Source of the DNA: a virus
Taxonomy: Duplodnaviria; Caudoviricetes
IMG/VR virus record: IMGVR_UViG_3300028585_000500
Location: 1 to 39,845 of that record
Reading direction: 5' to 3' (one strand)
DNA length: 39,845 bases
Shown here: positions 19,193-26,994 of the stretch, piece by piece
How positions within the stretch are numbered: the first letter of the stretch is position 1
How the letters are laid out: each line of letters begins with the position of its first letter
Program-made: the position numbers and the translations under genes
Notes under the pieces: generated by a model
What the model was told of the DNA's origin: nothing
The model's input: the letters and a program-made list of their open reading frames with translations, nothing else
The model's database searches: none

Positions 19193-19518
19193 CAGTCATC
19201 CTCCGATCCGTAAAGGGTGGCTGCTGCTGTTTTTGGTGGAGTGACATCGGATGCCTCCATGCCAAAATCAGTGATCTGCAGGTCGATATGGCTGTGAGAT
19301 TCCCCGCCTTCTGATTCCCGCGTGCTGACGCCGACGATTTTTGCCATGCCACCGATCGCCATCATGTCACCAACTTTTGGCAGTTCGGCACCCAGCTTTT
19401 TGAGCGCATCGCCATTCAGCGAGATACGCAGCCCCCACGGGTATTCGTCGCGGGTTTCAACGGCGCCGTTCTCACCTTCAACAGACTCGGTACCGGTTTT
19501 CATATTGACGACTTTCAT
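19192..19518 (-). CDS. Capsid staple protein (epsilon15 gp10-like)
   Basis: MKVVNMKTG..YPWGLRISL..LQITD..LY closely matches the recalled epsilon15 gp10 pattern. Confidence 0.8.
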   Translation of the reverse strand: MKVVNMKTGTESVEGENGAVETRDEYPWGLRISLNGDALKKLGAELPKVGDMMAIGGMAKIVGVSTRESEGGESHSHIDLQITDFGMEASDVTPPKTAAATLYGSEDD

Positions 19519-19530
19519 TTATCGCTCCTG

Positions 19531-19555
19531 AAAAAAAGGGGCCATCCGGCCCCTT
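19531..19555 (-). terminator. Rho-independent terminator after head genes
   Basis: A7-GGGGCC-ATCC-GGCCCC-TT. Confidence 0.8.
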
Positions 19556-19567
19556 ATTCATCGCCGG

Positions 19568-19966
19568 TCAGAGACCGAGTTCGCTGCGCTTCTCTGCAAT
19601 CTTCTTGCGGAGTGTTTCGGCCTTCACGTTGTGGTGTGGTTTTTCCTGGAAGAGCTGTTCGTACTGCTCCTGAAGCTCTGCCAGATTTTCATTACCTTCA
19701 CCGTTTCCGCCATTGCCGCCCTCAGGGCCGGGCTGGTTACTGTTTCCGCAAAGGACTGGTTGGTTACCGGTGCCGTTAGGCATGATGGTTTTAGCGGCTT
19801 CACCTTTGCGCTCTGCTTTCTCTTTCGCTGCTTTCGCTGCGTCATTGATTGGCTCCAGAGCGCTGCCAGGCTTGCCGTCATACTCCACTTCTGAACCTTC
19901 TGGCCACAACTGGTTATGGATGTGGGAGAGGCGCAGAACGCGGTATTTTGCTTTTTCCTCTGACAT
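19568..19966 (-). CDS. Conserved phage protein (gp9-like)
   Basis: KYRVLRLSHIHNQLWPEG N-domain, low-complexity linker, YEQLFQEKPHHNVKAETLR C-terminus. Confidence 0.7.
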   Translation of the reverse strand: MSEEKAKYRVLRLSHIHNQLWPEGSEVEYDGKPGSALEPINDAAKAAKEKAERKGEAAKTIMPNGTGNQPVLCGNSNQPGPEGGNGGNGEGNENLAELQEQYEQLFQEKPHHNVKAETLRKKIAEKRSELGL

Positions 19967-19977
19967 TTACCTGCCCC

Positions 19978-20415
19978 TTAACCAGTGATGCGAGAGCGGA
20001 TCGGATACGGTGAGTTGTTATCCACATCCAGATTGATGCCAGCGGTGAATGCGCCAGCGGTGAGCGGGCCGGTGCCGACAACGTAGTTAACGCGCAGATA
20101 GCGCTGTACGCCCTGCGGTACCTTTTGTGACCAGACGCGCTTGCCAGATGTCAGGGCGCTCAGAGCCAGATCGCTGGTTGATGCCAGCGTGGTCCATGCG
20201 CTGTTATCGGGACTGGTCTGCAACTGAATGTTTACCGTTGCAGCGCCAGCGGCTGCTGCGGTGGTATTTACGTTCACGAACAGTTCCAGCGGATACCCCA
20301 CGCCGATATCACGGCGGGTGCCGTCGATCGGCCCGAGGTCAATCACATCAGTTGAAGCAGCAGACGCGGTAACCGCCTGCGCTTCGGAGAACATCAACAG
20401 TTTGTCGAGGATCAT
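19978..20415 (-). CDS. Bbp16-like capsid cement/decoration protein
   Basis: MILDKLLMFSEAQAVTASAASTDVIDLG..QRYLRVNYVV..GAFTAGI, directly after the capsid gene. Confidence 0.8.
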   Translation of the reverse strand: MILDKLLMFSEAQAVTASAASTDVIDLGPIDGTRRDIGVGYPLELFVNVNTTAAAAGAATVNIQLQTSPDNSAWTTLASTSDLALSALTSGKRVWSQKVPQGVQRYLRVNYVVGTGPLTAGAFTAGINLDVDNNSPYPIRSRITG

Positions 20416-20468
20416 AATTCTCTCTCCATTTAGCGGGGCGTCATTGCCCCGCTGAGTTGGTCAGGGGG

Positions 20469-21455
20469 TTAAACGACGCGCGCTTCTGTTTCGAGAATCG
20501 CATCAACTTCACGGATCGGAATGCCGCGGAATGAAGTCCACCAGTCGCCTTCAGTCTCTTTTACAGTCAGAGCCAGAGATGCCTTATCCAGGGACTGCAG
20601 ATCAAGCGCCTGGCCAAGGGTCCGATTCATGTAGAACACCGGCTTACCCATGCCGCGGTTAGGGACGCGGTGTAGGGCTTTGATCATCAGGGTGACGATG
20701 TTGGCGGCAGAACCAGGCACCGACAGATCGCTGACATCAATATTCGCGATGCGAACCACATAGCGCCAGTCACGCAGGGTCAGGCCGTTATCCCACTTAT
20801 AGTGAGAACGGTAGCCCTGGTATTTGCCGCCGTTGGCATCCTGAAGCGTTTGCTCGCCCAGATCCTGATGCTGCAGGCCTGCTTTCTGGCCTTTCGGGAA
20901 GATGCCGTGAACGGTATTTTCACCCCAGACCACCAGCCAGATTGAGGTGTTGTCGGTACCGGTACCGCCAGCATCGATGATGTTCTGCCCGTTGCCAGCG
21001 GCTTTGCTGGAATAGCGAGAAGACAGGCCCATAAACTGCTGAGGGTTAACACTGGTGTCGCCGTAAAACAGCGTCTGCGCCATCTGCTGATTCATCGCTT
21101 CAATAAACGCGCGGTCTTCAGAAAGGCGGAATTCAGAGGTGTTACCGTTCAGGTCAGCCAGAGATTTATCCACCTCTGCATAAGCTTCCAGCATGCCGGC
21201 AGAGTCGGTGATCTGCACGGTGGTTGATTTGCTCGGCTGCACACCGTAGTTCAGCAAACGCCAGGTCGCCGTAGGCAAACCTGAGCGCACTGTGGTGCGG
21301 TGCCCGGTAGGAAGGTTGCCTTCAACAAACGGCATGTCTTCCAGAATCGGGTTGGTCTGGCCGAGAAGCTCAATGATTTTGTCGATCTTCCCGTTTGGAT
21401 CTACGCGCTTACCCCAGTCAGCCAGCGTCAGCGCAGTTAAGCCTTTAACAGCCAT
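20469..21455 (-). CDS. Major capsid protein (epsilon15 gp7 / BPP-1 Bbp17-like)
   Basis: LTLADWGKR..TNPILEDMPFVEGN..TTVRSGLP..DWRYVVRIANID..FRGIPIREVDAI. Confidence 0.93.
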   Translation of the reverse strand: MAVKGLTALTLADWGKRVDPNGKIDKIIELLGQTNPILEDMPFVEGNLPTGHRTTVRSGLPTATWRLLNYGVQPSKSTTVQITDSAGMLEAYAEVDKSLADLNGNTSEFRLSEDRAFIEAMNQQMAQTLFYGDTSVNPQQFMGLSSRYSSKAAGNGQNIIDAGGTGTDNTSIWLVVWGENTVHGIFPKGQKAGLQHQDLGEQTLQDANGGKYQGYRSHYKWDNGLTLRDWRYVVRIANIDVSDLSVPGSAANIVTLMIKALHRVPNRGMGKPVFYMNRTLGQALDLQSLDKASLALTVKETEGDWWTSFRGIPIREVDAILETEARVV

Positions 21456-21466
21456 AATTTATTTCC

Positions 21467-22210
21467 TCAGTTTTTGCCATACAGAACATCGGCCGCCGAA
21501 CGCTGGCCTTTCTCATTTGACGTAACCAGACTGTCTTCAGACATGGCCGCGCCCACTTTTACAAACACTCGAATCAGTTCGGGATGGTTGCCCATACCGG
21601 TTGTTTCCAGGAACTCACGCAGCTGCGGCGTGGCGAATTTATCCATCGCCTGCTTTGCCCGCGTCAGGTTCCCATCAAATTTGTCGCCGCCGATCTCCTC
21701 ATCTTCTTTCGCGGAGGTTCCCCAGTCGGCGACCTGTTTCTGCCAGGTATCGGCCTGCTGCTTCATCAGCTGCGGCATCACCTTGCTGCCGTACAGATCA
21801 ACCAACTTTTGCGCCTGCTCCAGAGACAGATTCAGTTCGCGGGCGATTGGCTCAAACTGGGCAACGGCGTCTTTATCCAGTTCCGCACCCTCTGGCGCTT
21901 TGAACTCATAGGTTTCCGGCGCGCCTTCAGGCTTCTTATCGCCATCTTTCTCACCGTCTTTGTTGTCGCCAGTTTTCTCAGCGTCCGGCTTTTCACCTTC
22001 TGCATCAGGCTTCTGGGCTGCGCCTTCGCCTTCAGGTTTTTCACCACCAGCCTGCTGCTCTGCCTGAGTGCCTTCCTGACCCGCTGGCGCTGACTCATTG
22101 CCGGTGTTAGCAGCTGGTGCGCCTGCGTCGCCGCCAGTGGCTGGTGCTTCAGCAGCTGATGCCTCTGACTGATAGCGCGTTTGAAAAAGCATTTTTAATA
22201 AGGAGTTCAT
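21467..22210 (-). CDS. Capsid scaffolding protein
   Basis: Acidic low-complexity N-terminus, PETYEF, ARELNLSLEQAQKLVD, TGMGNHPELIRVF, AADVLYG. Confidence 0.8.
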   Translation of the reverse strand: MNSLLKMLFQTRYQSEASAAEAPATGGDAGAPAANTGNESAPAGQEGTQAEQQAGGEKPEGEGAAQKPDAEGEKPDAEKTGDNKDGEKDGDKKPEGAPETYEFKAPEGAELDKDAVAQFEPIARELNLSLEQAQKLVDLYGSKVMPQLMKQQADTWQKQVADWGTSAKEDEEIGGDKFDGNLTRAKQAMDKFATPQLREFLETTGMGNHPELIRVFVKVGAAMSEDSLVTSNEKGQRSAADVLYGKN

Positions 22211-22226
22211 AGAGCCTCTTATGCGA

Positions 22227-22550
22227 TCAGGTTGGGATTGTTTTGGCTTTCAGTTGGGTCAAAACAGATGCCAGTGTTGTTCTTAATGCTGAGGTATCAC
22301 TCAGCAAAGCGTTGTATTTGGTGACAAGGTCGTTGTGGTCTGCCAGTAAACCAGCCACATCCGTTGCCGATGATGCTGTATCTGCAGTGGCCGTCGCCGC
22401 TGCTGGTGCCGAAACTGCTGCGCCTAGTTTTACTCCGCCGTAATCAGTGCTGGTTGGGGCGCCGATAACTGCTGGTGAAGGATCTGGAACTTCGACTACC
22501 TGGTTAGCGCCGTCCAATCTGATAATTCGTTGCGTCTGCGTTTGCGACAT
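22227..22550 (-). CDS. Head-fibre-like protein
   Basis: Start moved to ATG 22550. PTSTDYGGVKLG motif, Ala-rich linker, C-terminal coiled coil. Confidence 0.5.
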   Translation of the reverse strand: MSQTQTQRIIRLDGANQVVEVPDPSPAVIGAPTSTDYGGVKLGAAVSAPAAATATADTASSATDVAGLLADHNDLVTKYNALLSDTSALRTTLASVLTQLKAKTIPT

Positions 22551-22551
22551 T

Positions 22552-22848
22552 TCAGTTTTCCTCTCTGGCTTCATTCGCCATGGTCAGATAGAGATCCGGG
22601 CAGTGAGTCATCACCTCGTTAAACAGGCGGAGTCCTTCACTGCGGCGTCCCTCATTGAAATTTGTGGCCGCGTTATCGCCGGTGAATGACAGCGCAAACA
22701 CACCGGCATTACTGAGAAGCAGCCAGATAAGGCGGCGGCCCTGCACTGAAGACATGACGTGCTTTAGGTCGTCGCGCTGGCGTTCTGCAGCCAGCTTCTG
22801 ATCCTGCTCGGCATCTTTCAGGCGCTGTTCATCATCGAGATCGGTCAT
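22552..22848 (-). CDS. Bbp19-like conserved phage protein
   Basis: VMSSVQGRRLIWLLL..FNEGRRSEGL, follows the portal. Confidence 0.75.
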   Translation of the reverse strand: MTDLDDEQRLKDAEQDQKLAAERQRDDLKHVMSSVQGRRLIWLLLSNAGVFALSFTGDNAATNFNEGRRSEGLRLFNEVMTHCPDLYLTMANEAREEN

Positions 22849-24506
22849 TGCTGCATACCTCCCGCAATGGCGCTGAGCGCGTTTGGACCTTCCAGATTCG
22901 CCTGGCTGAGGTCTTTAGCACCGGCCACTGCGGCCTGTGCCATCTGCATTTGTTGCTGCTGCTGTATCTGCTCGGCACGCGCCTGGCGGATTTTCTGAAC
23001 TTCCTCATCAGGCACGATGACAGACGGCGAAACGCCGATAGAGTCGCCATAGCTGTCAATGATTTTGTCGATGTCCAGTTTGTCGAGCGCTTCAGGCTTG
23101 GCCTGTGCCATGCCGCCCACGAAGCCCACGAAGCGCTCCATGCTGTTGACGCCGATCGACTTCTGCGCCTGAGCCATGACGGAGATATATTCGATGCGCA
23201 ACGCGGTACCCTGCAGAACCTCTGGCGCTGGCGGCAGCATGCCTTTGCGCTGCATGATGGCGAACGCGCGGTCAATCAGCGGATCAAGGAACTCATCGTT
23301 CAGGCGCTCAAGCACCGGCCCGAGCATCAGCAGTTTCTCTTCGCGCAGCTCGTTAACTGCTTCCACCGGCATGCTGCGGGTGTTGATGTTCTGGAGCATC
23401 AGGAACAGGTCAACGAAGTAGGAACTGCGGATAATGTCGCGTGTGTCCTGAATGTCGTTCAGCAGATCAGCCGTGTTCGGGTTGACCATGTAGAGCGGCT
23501 TCAGTCCGTCCTGACCGGTCAACTGATCAACGTATGTGACCGCGCCAGGCAACTGGGAAACACGCTGGCTCTTCAGCGAAGAAGGCCCGACCATAGGCGG
23601 GTTTGTGGCTTTGTCGATCAGCTGGCTTTTGCGCTTCTGCTCGAGCTGCAGCGCTTTGACCTGTCCCAGCGCCGTCATGCCCGGGCAGTTGCTGCCATAG
23701 GCGTCTTCGCCATTCACTTCCCAGCGTGGCGCCAGGATCGGAAACTCATCAAAACCGGATTCACGCAGGATCTTGTCATCACCCGCTTTCTCAAAATAAA
23801 CCGATTTGTAGCGCTTATTTTTGGCGTCCATCTTGCCGGTCTGGCGGTTCACGTTCGGGTAAACAGCATGGATAACGTCATGCCAGGCTTCCGTGGTCTG
23901 GGTAGCCCACTGCCCTTTAACCGTTTCGCTCACGTTGTCCAGGCCGAACTGCTCCACCAGCTGGCGGGTGGTCATGCGGAATTCACGGAAAACCGTGTCA
24001 ACACTCAGACGCGCGCTGTTCGACACGTAATAGCTGCCGATCGGGAATGGGTAAGTGCGGATAATGTCTTCGTCATCTTCCAGTATCGCCATGGCGGCAG
24101 TGCCGTAGGTGCCGAGCTGTGCATAAACAATGGGAAGCGATTGATAGAGGTTGGACTTATTGAACACCTCATTCATGCGGCGCTGCACATCCTCCAGCCA
24201 GACTTTCACCGGGCCATAGTCTTTCATCGCCGGATCTGAAACTGACAGCGTGAACCACGGGCGGGCCGGGCTGGTGATGCCCGACATCATGCCGCTGGAA
24301 AGCGTGCGCTCTGCCAGTGTGCAGGTCGGATCAACAATGCTGGTATTGCGGCGGTTATCCCGGTTGGCATCAGAAACGAGAAAGCGACTGGAACGCGGGC
24401 TGATGTAATCAGACAGCTCGCGCCAGTGTGAATTAAAAGTGGTCCGCTCATCGGTGAGCATTCCCAGCTGTTTGTTTAATCGCTGCTTCAGCGTTTCTTC
24501 GGCCAT
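22845..24506 (-). CDS. Portal (head-tail connector)
   Basis: LSSGMMSGITSPARPWF, PRWEVNGEDAYG, EKLLMLGPVLERLNDEFLDPLIDR, IEYISVMAQAQK. Confidence 0.93.
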   Translation of the reverse strand: MAEETLKQRLNKQLGMLTDERTTFNSHWRELSDYISPRSSRFLVSDANRDNRRNTSIVDPTCTLAERTLSSGMMSGITSPARPWFTLSVSDPAMKDYGPVKVWLEDVQRRMNEVFNKSNLYQSLPIVYAQLGTYGTAAMAILEDDEDIIRTYPFPIGSYYVSNSARLSVDTVFREFRMTTRQLVEQFGLDNVSETVKGQWATQTTEAWHDVIHAVYPNVNRQTGKMDAKNKRYKSVYFEKAGDDKILRESGFDEFPILAPRWEVNGEDAYGSNCPGMTALGQVKALQLEQKRKSQLIDKATNPPMVGPSSLKSQRVSQLPGAVTYVDQLTGQDGLKPLYMVNPNTADLLNDIQDTRDIIRSSYFVDLFLMLQNINTRSMPVEAVNELREEKLLMLGPVLERLNDEFLDPLIDRAFAIMQRKGMLPPAPEVLQGTALRIEYISVMAQAQKSIGVNSMERFVGFVGGMAQAKPEALDKLDIDKIIDSYGDSIGVSPSVIVPDEEVQKIRQARAEQIQQQQQMQMAQAAVAGAKDLSQANLEGPNALSAIAGGMQQ

Positions 24507-24523
24507 GATTGCCCCGGTTCCTG

Positions 24524-24730
24524 TTACTGACCCAGCAGCGTTTTATTGCTGGTGTTGGCCTTTGAAGTGTCACCCTGTGAACCAGTCAGCAGAGTTGAAG
24601 CACGTCCGGCAGCAGCACGGCGGCGGCGTTCTTCATCGTCTCGGGCGCTGACAACGGCATCATCCTGCGCCTGTGGCGCGGCCTGAACTTCTGGGGCTGA
24701 CGGTACGGAAGGTTTTGAACCCATGCACAT
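24524..24730 (-). CDS. Small conserved virion-associated protein (gp3-like)
   Basis: MCMGSKPSVPSAP..GRASTLLTGSQGD..KTLLGQ, with AGGAG-type SD. Confidence 0.8.
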   Translation of the reverse strand: MCMGSKPSVPSAPEVQAAPQAQDDAVVSARDDEERRRRAAAGRASTLLTGSQGDTSKANTSNKTLLGQ

Positions 24731-24805
24731 GGCTGTAACTCCCTTGGATAATTACCAAAATTAAACCATATACGCATTATTTTGACCACTAATAAGCAAA
24801 AGCAT

Positions 24806-24834
24806 TTGACATCAGTTACCATAATGGTAATAGT
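24806..24834 (+). promoter_or_regulatory. Sigma70 promoter with repressor operator in the spacer
   Basis: TTGACA (24806-24811)-17 nt-AATAGT (24829-24834). Operator GTTACC-ATAAT-GGTAAT at 24815-24831. Confidence 0.75.
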
Positions 24835-24839
24835 TAGGC

Positions 24840-25251
24840 CGTGGAGAGAGCTGACATCGACTCACAGCCCGGAGTACCGCAGCAGTTTATTGGGCTTAAA
24901 AGTAAAGGCGGTGGATAAGCCGGGCATCATCCCGGCACCAGATTGAAAGATGCTTATGGAGCCGCGACAAAGTGTGGCGCACTAAGGTGCTAAGTATCTT
25001 TCCATGTGGTGAATGCGGCCAGCGCACGCGGAAGACTGACAAAGATTGCACACAGTCTAAGAGTTTCCGCTCTGGAGTTTGTCAGTTTGACCAGAGCACC
25101 GGGAGGCACCCGGCACCACACATATCAGGCGAGAGCATTTAGCGGGCGTTCAGGAGCGCCACAGAGGCGCTGAGTGCTCTCACCTGATGTGCCGTAGTAC
25201 CGTTATCCATGATGCTGTGTTGATTAGCCCGCCCCGTGCGGGCATTTTTTT
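24840..25251 (+). ncRNA. Putative multi-domain structured non-coding RNA cassette
   Basis: No substantial ORF, four consecutive folded domains with G-U-compatible stems, bounded by a promoter and a terminator. Confidence 0.65.
25227..25251 (+). terminator. Rho-independent terminator
   Basis: GCCCGC-CCCGT-GCGGGC-A-T7. Confidence 0.8.
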
Positions 25252-25264
25252 ACCTGGAGGAATA

Positions 25265-25438
25265 ATGGCAAAGCAAGTTAGCCCGACAGAACAGCGTGAA
25301 GCTGATCAACTAAAATTCCGAGCAAAACTGGATGTTTTATCACAGGTGTTAGCTCGTTCCGCAGATGGCTCTTCAAAGGCGCGCGCTGAAGATTTAGCAG
25401 AAATCATTAATGCCGCATTTGAGAAGATCAACCCTTAA
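25265..25438 (+). CDS. 57-aa helical hypothetical protein
   Basis: GGAGG SD before ATG 25265 (MAKQVSPTEQ...), followed by its own terminator. Confidence 0.7.
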   Translation: MAKQVSPTEQREADQLKFRAKLDVLSQVLARSADGSSKARAEDLAEIINAAFEKINP

Positions 25439-25440
25439 TC

Positions 25441-25452
25441 GTGACATGTCAC
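25441..25452. repeat. GTGACATGTCAC palindrome, copy 2
   Basis: Intergenic, 2 nt after the stop codon and before the terminator. Confidence 0.65.
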
Positions 25453-25455
25453 ACA

Positions 25456-25480
25456 GCCCGCCACTGAGCGGGCTTTTTTA
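25456..25480 (+). terminator. Rho-independent terminator
   Basis: AGCCCGC-CACTGA-GCGGGCT-TTTTT. Confidence 0.8.
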
Positions 25481-25521
25481 TCCCCTGCGAGGGATGAGCA
25501 CCTTCCCATCCCCTGCAGCGG

Positions 25522-26994
25522 TTAGGCGTAGGGATCGTACTCAGTTTCGCTGCGACCCTGCTCATTACTGCCGACATAATGCAGCTTCTTGACTACCGGG
25601 AAGGCGAAAGTAAGCGCCAGTGCGTCAGCATCGTTGGGTGATTTACCCAGGCGCTCTTTGATGCTCACTTTGTCTTCCAGCACAATGCGGCTGTCTTTCA
25701 GCCTGACTTTGTACTCCGCCGCTGATAACTCTTCCGCCACCTGCTGGCTGTCCAGTTGCCCGCCATCCTTCAGCCACGTCTTAACAGCGTTGTACATCTC
25801 GCCGCGTTTGTTCGCCATCTGCGGATCGGTTGAGCCACCGCCGAACTGTATCAGCTGCCAGTTGCGTCCCCAGTTGTCGCCCACAGACTTCAGGCCAGTG
25901 CCATAGCCATAGTCGATGAACACGGCATCAGCGCGGTACTCATCCTCAAACTGCGCGATGGTTTTGGCAAACAGCACGTCATCAGTGGTGCGCTGGTACT
26001 CGCCCAGCTTTTTGGTGTGCAGCCCCTGCCGCAGGTAGATTACCGCCGGGTCACCGCCCTGGTGCGCCGGGTCAACGCCGATGACTGTCGCAGCGTGCGC
26101 CACCTGACCGGGTGTGATCACCCTGCCAACTGCCGCGTCTGTCAGCCCGGTTGGGATGAACTGCGCCTCTGACGCTGACGGGAACAGGCCGCGCACACGG
26201 ACCTTCACAAAGTCGCTGTCTTCGCCATAGTCGTCCACCCATTTCTGAATCTGCTCTTTGTTCGTGCCCTCAACCGAGCGGCTGTCTATCTGTGCCGTCT
26301 TCCAGCGGTGGCGCAACTTGCGGAAACACTCACGGAAGCGACCGGTGTTACGCGTCGGGTTACCGAACGCCACCCAGATAATCTCTGTGTTCTCATCGGT
26401 CAGCGCACCCTCTGCCACTTCCCACACCAGATCGGAGATGTTCGACGCTTCATCGAATACCAGGATGATGCGCTTGCGCTCGTTGTGCAGGCCCGCGAAT
26501 GCCTCGGTATTGTTCTCAGACCATGGGATTGCGTCAGCGCGCCACGATTTGGCGTGAGATGGGTCATTGCTGTAGATAGCGGTAGCGGTGCAGGTGAACC
26601 AGTCCTGTGTGATGCTCAGGCGCTGCCATTTGGCAATCTCTGGCCACGTCTTCGTGCGCAGCTGGTTTTCGGTGTTGGCGGTCACCACCACCTTGCAATC
26701 CTCGCAGGTGTCCATGCCCCACTTCACCAGCATTGAGATAAACGCAGATTTGCCGATACCGTGTCCGGAAGCCCTGCCAATCATCAGTGGCTGGTGCCGG
26801 GTCACAGGGTTCTGCAGGTGTGCACCGATCTGCTTAAAGGCGTCCTCCTGCCACTGGCGCGGACCTTTGGAGTAAGCCAGGTCAGTACCCTCTTCACCCC
26901 ACGGGAACGCATACAGCGCATAGCCAAATGGATCATGCGTGAACGCGCCGATGTCCTCAATCAGTTGCATCTCGAGATCGGCGGCACTACTCAT
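25522..26994 (-). CDS. terL: Terminase large subunit
   Basis: Walker A ASGHGIGKS, Walker B ILVFDEAS, FGNPTRNTG, nuclease IGVDPA..D and SPNDADALALTFA. ATG 26994 preferred over GTG 27003 because of GGTGG SD. Confidence 0.93.
   Translation of the reverse strand: MSSAADLEMQLIEDIGAFTHDPFGYALYAFPWGEEGTDLAYSKGPRQWQEDAFKQIGAHLQNPVTRHQPLMIGRASGHGIGKSAFISMLVKWGMDTCEDCKVVVTANTENQLRTKTWPEIAKWQRLSITQDWFTCTATAIYSNDPSHAKSWRADAIPWSENNTEAFAGLHNERKRIILVFDEASNISDLVWEVAEGALTDENTEIIWVAFGNPTRNTGRFRECFRKLRHRWKTAQIDSRSVEGTNKEQIQKWVDDYGEDSDFVKVRVRGLFPSASEAQFIPTGLTDAAVGRVITPGQVAHAATVIGVDPAHQGGDPAVIYLRQGLHTKKLGEYQRTTDDVLFAKTIAQFEDEYRADAVFIDYGYGTGLKSVGDNWGRNWQLIQFGGGSTDPQMANKRGEMYNAVKTWLKDGGQLDSQQVAEELSAAEYKVRLKDSRIVLEDKVSIKERLGKSPNDADALALTFAFPVVKKLHYVGSNEQGRSETEYDPYA

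Noticed and set aside
20018-20026. Second perfect DnaA box TTATCCACA
   Set aside because: Isolated inside the cement gene with no iterons. Compatible with chance.
20432-20470. Hairpin after the capsid stop as a T7 10B-type frameshift signal or terminator
   Set aside because: No slippery heptamer and no U-tract. More likely an mRNA-stabilising stem.
22848-24239. 463-aa plus-strand ORF
   Set aside because: Antisense shadow of the portal gene, with no SD or recognisable motifs.
24841-24918. 25-codon GTG-start ORF at the predicted transcript start
   Set aside because: No SD, would need leaderless GTG initiation. Not supportable without Ribo-seq.
24840-25251. True tRNA genes or a CRISPR/mini-array in the structured region
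   Set aside because: No TTCRA T-loop, D-loop or anticodon arm. The only direct repeat is 10 nt and occurs twice.
24843-25262. CsrA-sponge interpretation from GGA motifs
   Set aside because: About ten GGA in ~420 nt is not far above the ~6-7 expected by chance, and few lie in hairpin loops.
25187-25264. N-terminal extension of the 57-aa ORF in the track
   Set aside because: Runs through a terminator. The SD supports ATG 25265.
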